Assembly (NCBI GenBank): GCA_021796335.1
Contig: JAJYHZ010000001.1
Span: forward strand, 144,360 to 208,359
Length of the DNA: 64,000 nt
Direction: 5' to 3'
DNA from: a bacterium
GTDB lineage: Bacteria > Patescibacteriota > Minisyncoccia > UBA6257 > UBA9933
Shown here piece after piece: positions 54,098 through 62,610 of the stretch; position 1 is the stretch's first letter, and the number at the start of each line of letters is the position of its first letter. A program made the position numbers and the translations under genes. The notes below the pieces were generated by a model, which was not told where the DNA came from, ran no database searches, and saw only the letters and a list, made by a program, of their open reading frames with translations.

Positions 54098-55036
54098 ATG
54101 GCGGAAAATAAAATCTACAATCTAGCTATTATTGGCATAGGCGCTGCAGGATCTGCTGCGTCAATTTATGCTTCGCGTTATGGCATCAATCATATTATTA
54201 TCGGAAACATTTTAGCCGGACAGATCCCCGAAGCACATAAAATTGATAATTATCCAGGCGTCGAAGATATAACCGGAATTGAACTTGCCAAAAAAATGGC
54301 GGCTCATGCGCAAAAATACGGAGCTGTTCCAATCTCCGAAACGGTAAAAGACATTTTTAAGGCAGAACAGGGCTTTGAAATTGAGCTTCAATCGGGAAAT
54401 AAATTACTCGCCCGCGCCGTTCTTTTGGCAACGGGAACACGAAGGAAAAAATTGGAAATACCGGGTGAAGCGGAATTTTTGGGAAAAGGAATTTCTTATT
54501 GCGCGACTTGCGACGGATTTTTCTATAAAAATAAAGTCGTTGCCGTTATCGGCGGAGGAGACAGCGCGGCTAGCGCCTCTTTATATTTGTCGAATATAGC
54601 CTCAAAAGTTTATTTGATTTACCGCGGCGAAAACTTAAGGGCCGAACCTTATTGGCAGGAATCAATAAAAAAAAGCGGGAATATTGAGGTTATATATAAA
54701 ACCAATGTCATTGAATTCAAAGGAAATGAAATAGTTAAAAATCTGGTTTTGGATAATGCCCACAAAAACAATTCCGAATTGAAAATCGACGGCGTTTTTG
54801 TCGAAATCGGATCAAATCCAAATATCGGCTACGCAAAAAACCTGAGAATTGCCATTGATTCAAGCGGCCATATCGAAGTTCAGCCGGATGGCTCCACTTC
54901 TATCGAAGGTGTCTGGGCGGCAGGGGACATAACAACCGGATCCGATAAATTCAGGCAAATTATTACTGCCGCAGCGGAAGGTGCTATTGCAGCCAGAAGC
55001 ATTTTTAATTACTTAAAAGTGAAAAATTTTCTTTAA
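54098..55036 (+). CDS. trxB: Thioredoxin-disulfide reductase
   Basis: FAD GxGxxG (IIGIGAAGSAA) and the CATCDG redox site. Confidence 0.9.
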   Translation: MAENKIYNLAIIGIGAAGSAASIYASRYGINHIIIGNILAGQIPEAHKIDNYPGVEDITGIELAKKMAAHAQKYGAVPISETVKDIFKAEQGFEIELQSGNKLLARAVLLATGTRRKKLEIPGEAEFLGKGISYCATCDGFFYKNKVVAVIGGGDSAASASLYLSNIASKVYLIYRGENLRAEPYWQESIKKSGNIEVIYKTNVIEFKGNEIVKNLVLDNAHKNNSELKIDGVFVEIGSNPNIGYAKNLRIAIDSSGHIEVQPDGSTSIEGVWAAGDITTGSDKFRQIITAAAEGAIAARSIFNYLKVKNFL

Positions 55037-55068
55037 TATTTCGCGGATATGCCCAGTTTTTTAAAAAA

Positions 55069-55093
55069 ACCGCGATGCCATGCGGTATTTTTT
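55069..55093 (+). terminator. Intrinsic terminator after trxB (accgc-gatgccat-gcggt + T-run)
   Basis: Hairpin plus tattttttaaaa. Confidence 0.5.
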
Positions 55094-55343
55094 AAAAGCA
55101 TAAAGCCTAGACATATCCATACCCAAAATAACCTGAGCGTAATCCAATAAACCGAATGATTTATGACGGGCAGTTTAGTGCGATTTTCACGCTCTAAATA
55201 CTCAAAATAGCCGAAGTTCAAGCATAAGCTCGAGAAGCGCTTCACTTAAATATTGAAATTTGGTATAATTTAATTAATATAAGTCTCTTTAAATAATTAT
55301 CTTCGCCGATCGTAAACGGCATACTTAATAAATTTTAACCAGA

Positions 55344-56282
55344 ATGAAGCATGTAAAAATTGCAGCTTTAATTTTGATAATCGCCATCATCTTGGGCGGA
55401 GTTTATATTTTTAAAAAAAATAACCTGCAGACAAATTTATCCGTAAATAACCGCGGCATTGATGCGCCGACTTCAAACAATAACGATAATAATCCGCAAA
55501 ACCAGGTTATCAAGCCGAATACAAACAATCAGAAAAATGCATCGTCTCAAATTTTAAAAAATTATAATTCGGCGGAAAATGGATTAAAAACGCAAAATGC
55601 CGATATGCCGTTAAATAACAATATTCAAATTAATAACGAATCTAATTTGAATGATCCTAATTTTTCGAATAATCAAAATACAACGACAAACGACACCGTT
55701 GAAATTCCGAAAAAACAAATTTTTGCCAATTTAGTGCAGCATTTGAACAAAAATATAATTGATTCAAATCAGGATTTCACTTCCGCCAATTCCGTTCTAA
55801 GCGCAAATACCTCTACGGAATCAAAATCTATTACTAACCTTATTCCGAACAGCTTATTTGCAACAACAACAAGTAATAATCCCGCCAATTGGGAAAAAGG
55901 AAACTGGGGAATAAATAGCGCAACTTTTACTTTGGCAATCGGACCAAATGATGAAAATGCGCTCGAAGTCGAACTGACCTCTTACACATCTGGCGCTGCC
56001 AGATGGTATTTTTCGCCGGATATTATGGTCAAACCCGGAACCGCATATACTTTTTCCGATGTTTATATTTCAAATATTCCCACAACCGTTGAAGCAAGAT
56101 ATAAAATGATTGACGGCAGTTTTGAATATTACGTAATCGGCTATTTTAATTCCGCGTCGTCGTGGAGCACTAGTACGGTTGAATTTACCATTCCGCAAAA
56201 TGTCCAATCGATAACAATGCTTCCCACGATTGCCAAAATCGGCTGGCTGACAATGAGCAATCCCAAGCTCTATAAAAATTAA
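55344..56282 (+). CDS. Secreted/membrane-anchored N/Q/S/T-rich protein
   Basis: N-terminal TM helix; low-complexity N-rich middle; beta-rich C-terminus. Confidence 0.45.
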   Translation: MKHVKIAALILIIAIILGGVYIFKKNNLQTNLSVNNRGIDAPTSNNNDNNPQNQVIKPNTNNQKNASSQILKNYNSAENGLKTQNADMPLNNNIQINNESNLNDPNFSNNQNTTTNDTVEIPKKQIFANLVQHLNKNIIDSNQDFTSANSVLSANTSTESKSITNLIPNSLFATTTSNNPANWEKGNWGINSATFTLAIGPNDENALEVELTSYTSGAARWYFSPDIMVKPGTAYTFSDVYISNIPTTVEARYKMIDGSFEYYVIGYFNSASSWSTSTVEFTIPQNVQSITMLPTIAKIGWLTMSNPKLYKN

Positions 56283-56511
56283 TACATTACTGCTTTCACA
56301 TAAACCTTTTCACAAGAACAAATCTGATTATAAGCCTATTTTTAATAGGTTCTTTAATAATCTTCCGTTTTGAATTTTATGAAAATATTTCCGCGAACAA
56401 AAGAATATTTAAGAATATTCTATCTGCTATTAAGTTTGGCAGCCATTTAGCGGAACGATTCTTTTTATTTCTGTTATAGCGGCTGGACACGATTTCCTTC
56501 GTTTTTCGGAA

Positions 56512-56931
56512 GTGATTTTAGCGGTCTCCGCCGCATTTTTTATCGCATATTTTTTAAATTACTTGGTCGGACGGTATGGGTTTTACGGATTTCTATCGAA
56601 ATTGGGATTTAAAAAGCTGATTTCGTCGGCGAAACGTAATTTAATGAAAAATATTTTCACGACGATTCTTTTCAGTTATTGGGATCCAAACGTGGCTTCG
56701 ATAACGGCAACCGCCGCCGGAATTCTGCATATTCAATTAAGAAAATTTTTATTTTATTCTGCACTCGGAATAATCGTATGGAACGCGATATGGGGAATTG
56801 TATTTTTTTTTCTCGGAAATTTCGCCTTAAACTTTCTCGATATAAAGTATGGAGCAATTATTTTCGCGATTTGGATTGCATTTCTTTTCATTAGAAATAT
56901 TTATGATAAACGAAAAATAGGCCGAACATGA
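56512..56931 (+). CDS. Integral membrane protein (DedA/SNARE-associated-like), hypothetical
   Basis: Hydrophobic helices; weak resemblance only. Confidence 0.4.
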   Translation: MILAVSAAFFIAYFLNYLVGRYGFYGFLSKLGFKKLISSAKRNLMKNIFTTILFSYWDPNVASITATAAGILHIQLRKFLFYSALGIIVWNAIWGIVFFFLGNFALNFLDIKYGAIIFAIWIAFLFIRNIYDKRKIGRT

Positions 56932-57530
56932 GCAAGAAATTTATCAAAGCCTCCTTTTATTTATTCGTTTTTGCGGGAATTTTTTTATTGATTGCAAAAA
57001 AGCAATGGTTCCCCGAATTTTATACACCGTGGTATATGGGGATCGCGTCTTTCCTGTCCGCTTTTATGATTTTACTGCCATCCTTTTTATTCCCGGCTGC
57101 CGATGCCGAAAAGAAAACCGCCGTAGGGAAGATACAAATTACTGTTGCAATTTCTTTAATCTTAAATGCCGGCGGGGCATTAGGCCTTTTTGAAATGTAC
57201 AAATCGGGAATCCAGTACGACAAAATCCTTCATTTTATCATCCCTTTTTTATTTACTGTCAATTCAACTTCATTTTTCAGCATTTATTACGATAAACCGT
57301 TTAAGAAAGCGCTTTTAATTTCTATAATCCTTGTAGTCATCGGCAATTTTAGCTGGAAATTATATGAATTTTTATCCGATACTATTTTCAAAACGCAATC
57401 GCTTACAAACGACAGTTCGAATGAAATTCTGGATATCGCCTGGGATTTAATCCTCGGATTTTTGGGAATTTTTATAGCTTGTCTTTATTTGGTTTACGAT
57501 GAAAAAGCGAAACGAAAAAATCCCCAATAA
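56928..57530 (+). CDS. Integral membrane protein, hypothetical
   Basis: 5-6 hydrophobic helices. Confidence 0.45.
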   Translation: MSKKFIKASFYLFVFAGIFLLIAKKQWFPEFYTPWYMGIASFLSAFMILLPSFLFPAADAEKKTAVGKIQITVAISLILNAGGALGLFEMYKSGIQYDKILHFIIPFLFTVNSTSFFSIYYDKPFKKALLISIILVVIGNFSWKLYEFLSDTIFKTQSLTNDSSNEILDIAWDLILGFLGIFIACLYLVYDEKAKRKNPQ

Positions 57531-57873
57531 TCCCGCCCTTAATAAAATTCGCAAAAAATGCTATAATTAATTAAATACTATCCATCCTATATTTATCCTT
57601 CCATTATTCTTCTGATTTAAAACACGGAACACAGCCGTCGCTTCCGATAGCTTCAGTTGATAATAAAAATAATTTCTCCTATATGGCTATCAATTTAAAC
57701 AAAATAAAAGCCGAAGAACTTGAAAAATTGCCGGGCATCGGCAGCGACCTTGCGCAAAAAATTATAGAAACCAGTTAAAGATTTCGGCGTAAATATAGAC
57801 AATGGAGAAACTCAACTGGAATAAATTTTAAAAAAAGCTTTTTAAAAAAGGTCGAAAAAAAATCTTTAAAATT

Positions 57874-58260
57874 ATGAACTACTCAAAGATTGGAATTTTT
57901 GCCGTTTTTTTTATAGCGCTTGCAATTCTGGCTTTTACTGAGTTTTCGCCGACGTCTGCTCAGACTTTCTTAGCCTGCAGTCCCGCCGTGGCCACCGCGA
58001 CAGTTGGACAATCATTTATGTTTAGCGCAACGGGCGGAACTGGTTCGTACACATGGTCGGCTCCGGATCTTACGCTTGTTAACCCGACCGGATCCGGATT
58101 TACCGTTAATTACGCCACCCCCGGAGTAAAAACAATTACCGTTACAAGCGGCACTTCTACTGCAAATTGCATTCTGAACGTTTTAGCGGCTGCAACAACA
58201 ACCACTACGACAATAGGATTACCAGGCACCGGCGGAGGGGGCGCAGCACTCTTTCAATAA
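57874..58260 (+). CDS. Secreted Thr/Gly-rich protein with a C-terminal LPGTG sortase motif
   Basis: Signal peptide, then ...TTTTTIGLPGTGGGGAALFQ at the extreme C-terminus. Confidence 0.55.
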   Translation: MNYSKIGIFAVFFIALAILAFTEFSPTSAQTFLACSPAVATATVGQSFMFSATGGTGSYTWSAPDLTLVNPTGSGFTVNYATPGVKTITVTSGTSTANCILNVLAAATTTTTTIGLPGTGGGGAALFQ

Positions 58261-58263
58261 CAA

Positions 58264-58908
58264 ATGAAAAACAGGTTCAAAAAAATTGCTTGGATAGTAT
58301 TTGCTGTCTTGCTTTTTGGCTTAATGGCTTTTTTTTCTTTCCAATCAAAAACGCCAAAAAACTTGCCGGTTCAAATCGGCAGCGACACCGCCGAAGGCTC
58401 TTCCGCAACCTCAACCGTGCCTTGGCGGTCGAAAACGGATATTCCGGAATTTCAAAACTTGCCTAGTAATTGGCCGCAAAGATTAATCATCCCGTCGATT
58501 AAAATCGATACCACCTTTCAGTATGTCGGACTGACCGGAAATAATAATATCGGAACACCGACGAACTATTATCAAGTGGCATGGTTTAAATTGAGTTCCG
58601 TTCCCGGAGAACCCGGAACCGCCGTCATCTCCGGCCACCTGGACACAATAAATTCGCCATACGGAATATTTTACAATCTAGATAAATTGAGTTTGGGAGA
58701 TGAAATTGAAATCGAAAATAAACAGTCCCAACTTTTCCATTTTATAGTAAGTGACATAAAAACCATTGATTATACGAGTTCATCCGAACAACTGATGCAG
58801 CCATCCGACCAAAGCCGCATAGTTTTGGTAACGTGTGCGGGTAATTGGATAAAAAGCCAAAAAGTTTACGACAAACGCTTGGTTGTATTCGCTCAACTGG
58901 CTCAATAA
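58264..58908 (+). CDS. Sortase (transpeptidase) family protein
   Basis: N-terminal TM, His in AVISGHLDT, catalytic Cys in IVLVTCAGNW. Confidence 0.75.
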   Translation: MKNRFKKIAWIVFAVLLFGLMAFFSFQSKTPKNLPVQIGSDTAEGSSATSTVPWRSKTDIPEFQNLPSNWPQRLIIPSIKIDTTFQYVGLTGNNNIGTPTNYYQVAWFKLSSVPGEPGTAVISGHLDTINSPYGIFYNLDKLSLGDEIEIENKQSQLFHFIVSDIKTIDYTSSSEQLMQPSDQSRIVLVTCAGNWIKSQKVYDKRLVVFAQLAQ

Positions 58909-58944
58909 TGCTAATGTCGACAAGCAATCATAAAAATAATTTCC

Positions 58945-59139
58945 ATGAAAACAATTGCGGATAAAGACCTCGGAATGGATTGTAATTTCATCGCAAGAGG
59001 GGAAACCGAAAACGAGGCGATAGATAAATTAAAAGAACATATGGAAACGGCTCATTCCGAAGAAATGGAAAAAATAACATCCGGCAAATCGGAGGATCAG
59101 ATAAAAAAGGAATTCAGAAAGTACGTCAAAGAAGAATAA
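58945..59139 (+). CDS. Small hypothetical protein
   Basis: ORF; terminator at 59149-59180. Confidence 0.4.
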   Translation: MKTIADKDLGMDCNFIARGETENEAIDKLKEHMETAHSEEMEKITSGKSEDQIKKEFRKYVKEE

Positions 59140-59148
59140 ACTTCCAAT

Positions 59149-59180
59149 AAAACACGCAATGCTATTGCGTGTTTTATTTT
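59149..59180 (+). terminator. Intrinsic terminator (aaaacacgcaat-gct-attgcgtgtttt + T-run)
   Basis: Perfect 12-bp stem plus tatttt. Confidence 0.65.
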
Positions 59181-59220
59181 GCTTTAAATATTCAAATAGG
59201 TTAAAATTTTAACCAATAAT

Positions 59221-60330
59221 ATGGTTAAAAAAACGATTTTCTCCATAATCCTTTTGATTTTTTTAGTTGTTATTTTCGGATTTTTTTACCAGAACTTCCG
59301 CATTAATCATCCGGAAATATCCATTTCCGATTCCAATGCCGCTATAAAAAATATTGAAAGCGAATTCATCCAAAACAAGCCCGCTTCGAAAGCATTTCAA
59401 AATCCGACTGAAGTAAAAGCTTTATATATGACGGCAAACAGCGCCAGCATGCAATCCAGGGTCGATGAAATAATAAATCTGATAAATCGCAAAGAAATTA
59501 ATGCTATTGTGGTGAACGTAAAAGACGAAGATGGCGGGATTTTCCTTTCTGATTCTACAAAAAATCTGGTTGATAGGCTTAATGAAAATGGGATCTACTC
59601 GATTGCCAGGATAGTAGTATTTCAGGATAAGAAATTGGCCGAAGAAAATCCAAACGTAGCCTTAAAAACAAAAAGCGGCAAAATTTGGTACTCAAAAGGC
59701 CAATATTGGGTTGATCCGGAAAGCAAAGAAGTCTGGGATTATAATCTCAATATTGCCGATAAAGCGCTTGATATGGGATTCCGAGAAGTTAATTTTGATT
59801 ATATGAGATTTCCTTCGGACGGAGCGGTATCCGATATTGTTTATCCTGTTTATAACGGCAAAACTCCCAAAGAAGACGTTATTGCCGGTTTTACGCAATA
59901 TCTTTATTCAAATATAAAAAAATCTCATCCTGACGCCGTTGTTTCCGCGGATATTTTCGCATATACATTCTTGAAAGACGACCTCGGAATAGGCCAGCGC
60001 CTGACAAAAATTGCAAAAAATTTCGACGTGATTTGCCCCATGGTTTATCCTTCGCATTACAGCCCAGGCGATTTCGGTTTTAAAAATCCGGCCGAAGAAC
60101 CTTATCAGGTTATCTTAAAAACCATAGAAGCGGGCAAGAAAAAACTCGACCAGGCTGGAGAAACGGTTAAAATCCGACCATGGCTTCAAGATTTTAATTT
60201 GGGAGCCGATTATACTCCGGAGATGTTCAGAAAAGAAGTCCAAGCCGTATATGATTCCGGGCTTAAAAACGGCTGGATGGTTTGGAATCCTTCAAATATC
60301 TACAGCCCTGATTATTTTTTAAATAAATAA
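59221..60330 (+). CDS. Putative glycoside-hydrolase-like (TIM-barrel, GHL/DUF4015-like) exported protein
   Basis: N-terminal TM/signal; EVNFDYMRFP motif recalled from putative glycosyl hydrolase families. Low certainty. Confidence 0.4.
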   Translation: MVKKTIFSIILLIFLVVIFGFFYQNFRINHPEISISDSNAAIKNIESEFIQNKPASKAFQNPTEVKALYMTANSASMQSRVDEIINLINRKEINAIVVNVKDEDGGIFLSDSTKNLVDRLNENGIYSIARIVVFQDKKLAEENPNVALKTKSGKIWYSKGQYWVDPESKEVWDYNLNIADKALDMGFREVNFDYMRFPSDGAVSDIVYPVYNGKTPKEDVIAGFTQYLYSNIKKSHPDAVVSADIFAYTFLKDDLGIGQRLTKIAKNFDVICPMVYPSHYSPGDFGFKNPAEEPYQVILKTIEAGKKKLDQAGETVKIRPWLQDFNLGADYTPEMFRKEVQAVYDSGLKNGWMVWNPSNIYSPDYFLNK

Positions 60331-60450
60331 AAATTATTTGCATCGTAATTTTTATCCTGATATAATTTATATTTAATAGAACTTCCTGGTCAAATTTATT
60401 TTAATTCTTTTTTTAAAAATACCGTCAAGGCCTGGTTTAGCAAGAAATCT

Positions 60451-60789
60451 ATGATGAATATAAGAAATATAAACGCTTCCGAAGCGAAGCAATTAATAGA
60501 TGAAAATAAAAACAATTCCGAGTTCGTAATTATGGATGTCCGCACTCCGGAGGAATATAATGCCGCTAAATTGAAGAATTCCATAAATTATGATATTTAC
60601 GGCCGTGATTTCGTAAATAAAATTTCCGAATTGGATAAAAATAAAATTTATTTTATTTATTGCCATTCCGGAAACCGCAGCTTTATGGCGGCAAATATAA
60701 TGCTTAAACTTGGATTCCAAAATGTTTATAATTTGGAAAATGGTATCATTGAATGGGATAATTTGAATTATCCGCTTGTTTTTCAATGA
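60451..60789 (+). CDS. Rhodanese-domain sulfurtransferase
   Basis: Active-site loop CHSGNRS. Confidence 0.8.
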   Translation: MMNIRNINASEAKQLIDENKNNSEFVIMDVRTPEEYNAAKLKNSINYDIYGRDFVNKISELDKNKIYFIYCHSGNRSFMAANIMLKLGFQNVYNLENGIIEWDNLNYPLVFQ

Positions 60790-61895
60790 GTTTAATCTCA
60801 ATAGTTAAAAAAATAATTCTAATTTTTCTTGTGGCTGGAATCGCCGTTTTCGGTTTTTTTATTTTTGGTAAGAAGATTAATCTGGGTCAAAATTATCAAA
60901 ACCTTTCGCAGAATCCGACAAACTTCCCGACCGGGGAATTAACTAAATTACTTGATCTGCGCAGCAACAGCAAAAGCGACTTTTATCAAACGAATTTAAA
61001 ATGCCAGATACCGGTTAAATACAGCATCGGCTATTTTGATCCTCGATTCGGGATTTCCCGTCAAGAATTTTTAACCGCGATTGATAAAGCTTCCGCAATC
61101 TGGGAATCCGGAACCGGAAAAAAACTATTCGAGTATGACCCCAACGGCCCCCTGAAAATAAATTTGGTTTTTGATGCAAGACAAGAAGATACAAGCATTT
61201 TAAAAATCGTAGGAACAGAAATAACCGCCGATCAAAATAATTACAATGCGCTCAAAAACGAATACGACTCGACAATATCTAATTATAATACCGAATCAAG
61301 TAAATATGCCGATTTAAAATCGCAGTACAATCAAGCCTATCAGCAATATGACAATCTTTCGCAGCAATACGGCCAACAACTTCAAAATTTAAATTCCCAA
61401 ATCGATTATTGGAACAGCCAAGGAGGCGCGCCTCCTAAGGAATATGACAAACTAATAACCGAAGAAAACTCCTTAAACTCTCTTTATTCAAGATTAGAAG
61501 ATCAGAAGCAAGTAGCCAATCGACTTGCCGACCAAGTTAATCAAGAACAATCGGCGGTAAACGATCTTGCATCTCAAGTAAACAATTTAGCGGGCATTTT
61601 AAACCGCCTGGCGGATAAAATGAATCTGCAAATAAACAAATACGATTCTGTTCAGACGGATATAGGGACAAGTTTTACACAAGGCCTTTACCATTATGAC
61701 AGCGAAACCGGAGCTGAAATAAATATTTACCAATTCTATGATCAGAATAATGATCTGGTCATAGTCCTGGCTCACGAACTGGGGCATGCTTTGGGCTTGG
61801 GACATGTCAGTGACCCGCAATCAATAATGTACTATTTAATGGGCAAGCAAGAATTCAAATTGACTCGGGAAGATTTACTTGCATTTAAAAAATAA
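60786..61895 (+). CDS. Membrane-anchored metzincin-like zinc metalloprotease with a Q/N/Y-rich coiled-coil linker
   Basis: HELGHALGLGH (HExxHxxGxxH) followed by a Met-turn-like SIMYY; N-terminal TM. Confidence 0.7.
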   Translation: MSLISIVKKIILIFLVAGIAVFGFFIFGKKINLGQNYQNLSQNPTNFPTGELTKLLDLRSNSKSDFYQTNLKCQIPVKYSIGYFDPRFGISRQEFLTAIDKASAIWESGTGKKLFEYDPNGPLKINLVFDARQEDTSILKIVGTEITADQNNYNALKNEYDSTISNYNTESSKYADLKSQYNQAYQQYDNLSQQYGQQLQNLNSQIDYWNSQGGAPPKEYDKLITEENSLNSLYSRLEDQKQVANRLADQVNQEQSAVNDLASQVNNLAGILNRLADKMNLQINKYDSVQTDIGTSFTQGLYHYDSETGAEINIYQFYDQNNDLVIVLAHELGHALGLGHVSDPQSIMYYLMGKQEFKLTREDLLAFKK

Positions 61896-61925
61896 TGCGG
61901 TAATAATTAAATAAATAACTGACGT

Positions 61926-62441
61926 ATGAAAAATTCGCTTTTAGCCGCCATTGCTATAATAATTTTATTCGGAATCGGATTTTACTTTTACGAAAAAACT
62001 GATTTCAATCAATCGCATCCGATGAATCAAATTCAACCGCAGAAAGAATCGCAAAATCAAACAGTCGCAGCCGAAAATAAAATAAATAATCAAATAAATA
62101 TGGAAAATAAAACAACTGGCGACGGATTGCAAATCCAGATATTAAAACAAGGAACCGGTGAATCGGCCAAAAAAGGCGATACGGTAACCGTTAATTACGT
62201 CGGCACCCTGACAAACGGAACAAAATTCGATTCCAGCATAGACAGAGGACAGCCGTTTTCATTTATTCTGGGAGCGGAACAAGTTATTAAAGGATGGGAT
62301 AAAGGAGTCTTGGGGATGAAAGTCGGGGAGGTCAGAAAATTAATTATTCCGCCCGAACTCGGTTATGGTTCTAATACGGTTGGTCCGATTCCCGCAAATT
62401 CCACTCTCGTTTTCGAAGTAACGCTTCTTAAAATAAATTGA
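61926..62441 (+). CDS. FKBP-type peptidyl-prolyl cis-trans isomerase (exported)
   Basis: GDTVTVNYVGTLTNGTKFDSS...ILGAEQVIKGWDKGVLGMKVGE. Confidence 0.88.
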   Translation: MKNSLLAAIAIIILFGIGFYFYEKTDFNQSHPMNQIQPQKESQNQTVAAENKINNQINMENKTTGDGLQIQILKQGTGESAKKGDTVTVNYVGTLTNGTKFDSSIDRGQPFSFILGAEQVIKGWDKGVLGMKVGEVRKLIIPPELGYGSNTVGPIPANSTLVFEVTLLKIN

Positions 62442-62610
62442 TTTTTACTTGTATTTTTTTGCATATTTTGCTAAACTTTTAAAGCGCACCTGAAAGAAAC
62501 CTACGCTCGAACGCTCGAAGCATTGACTTCCTAGAACATTCGAAGTGCGAAATCCCACACTTAATTCTTAAGTTTTGGGATTTATTTAGCGCCCGCAAGG
62601 GCTTTTTATT

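Noticed and set aside
55033-55245. 70-aa minus-strand ORF in the trxB downstream intergenic region
   Set aside because: It lies across the trxB terminator hairpin, has no RBS, and the hydrophobic product looks like a chance ORF.
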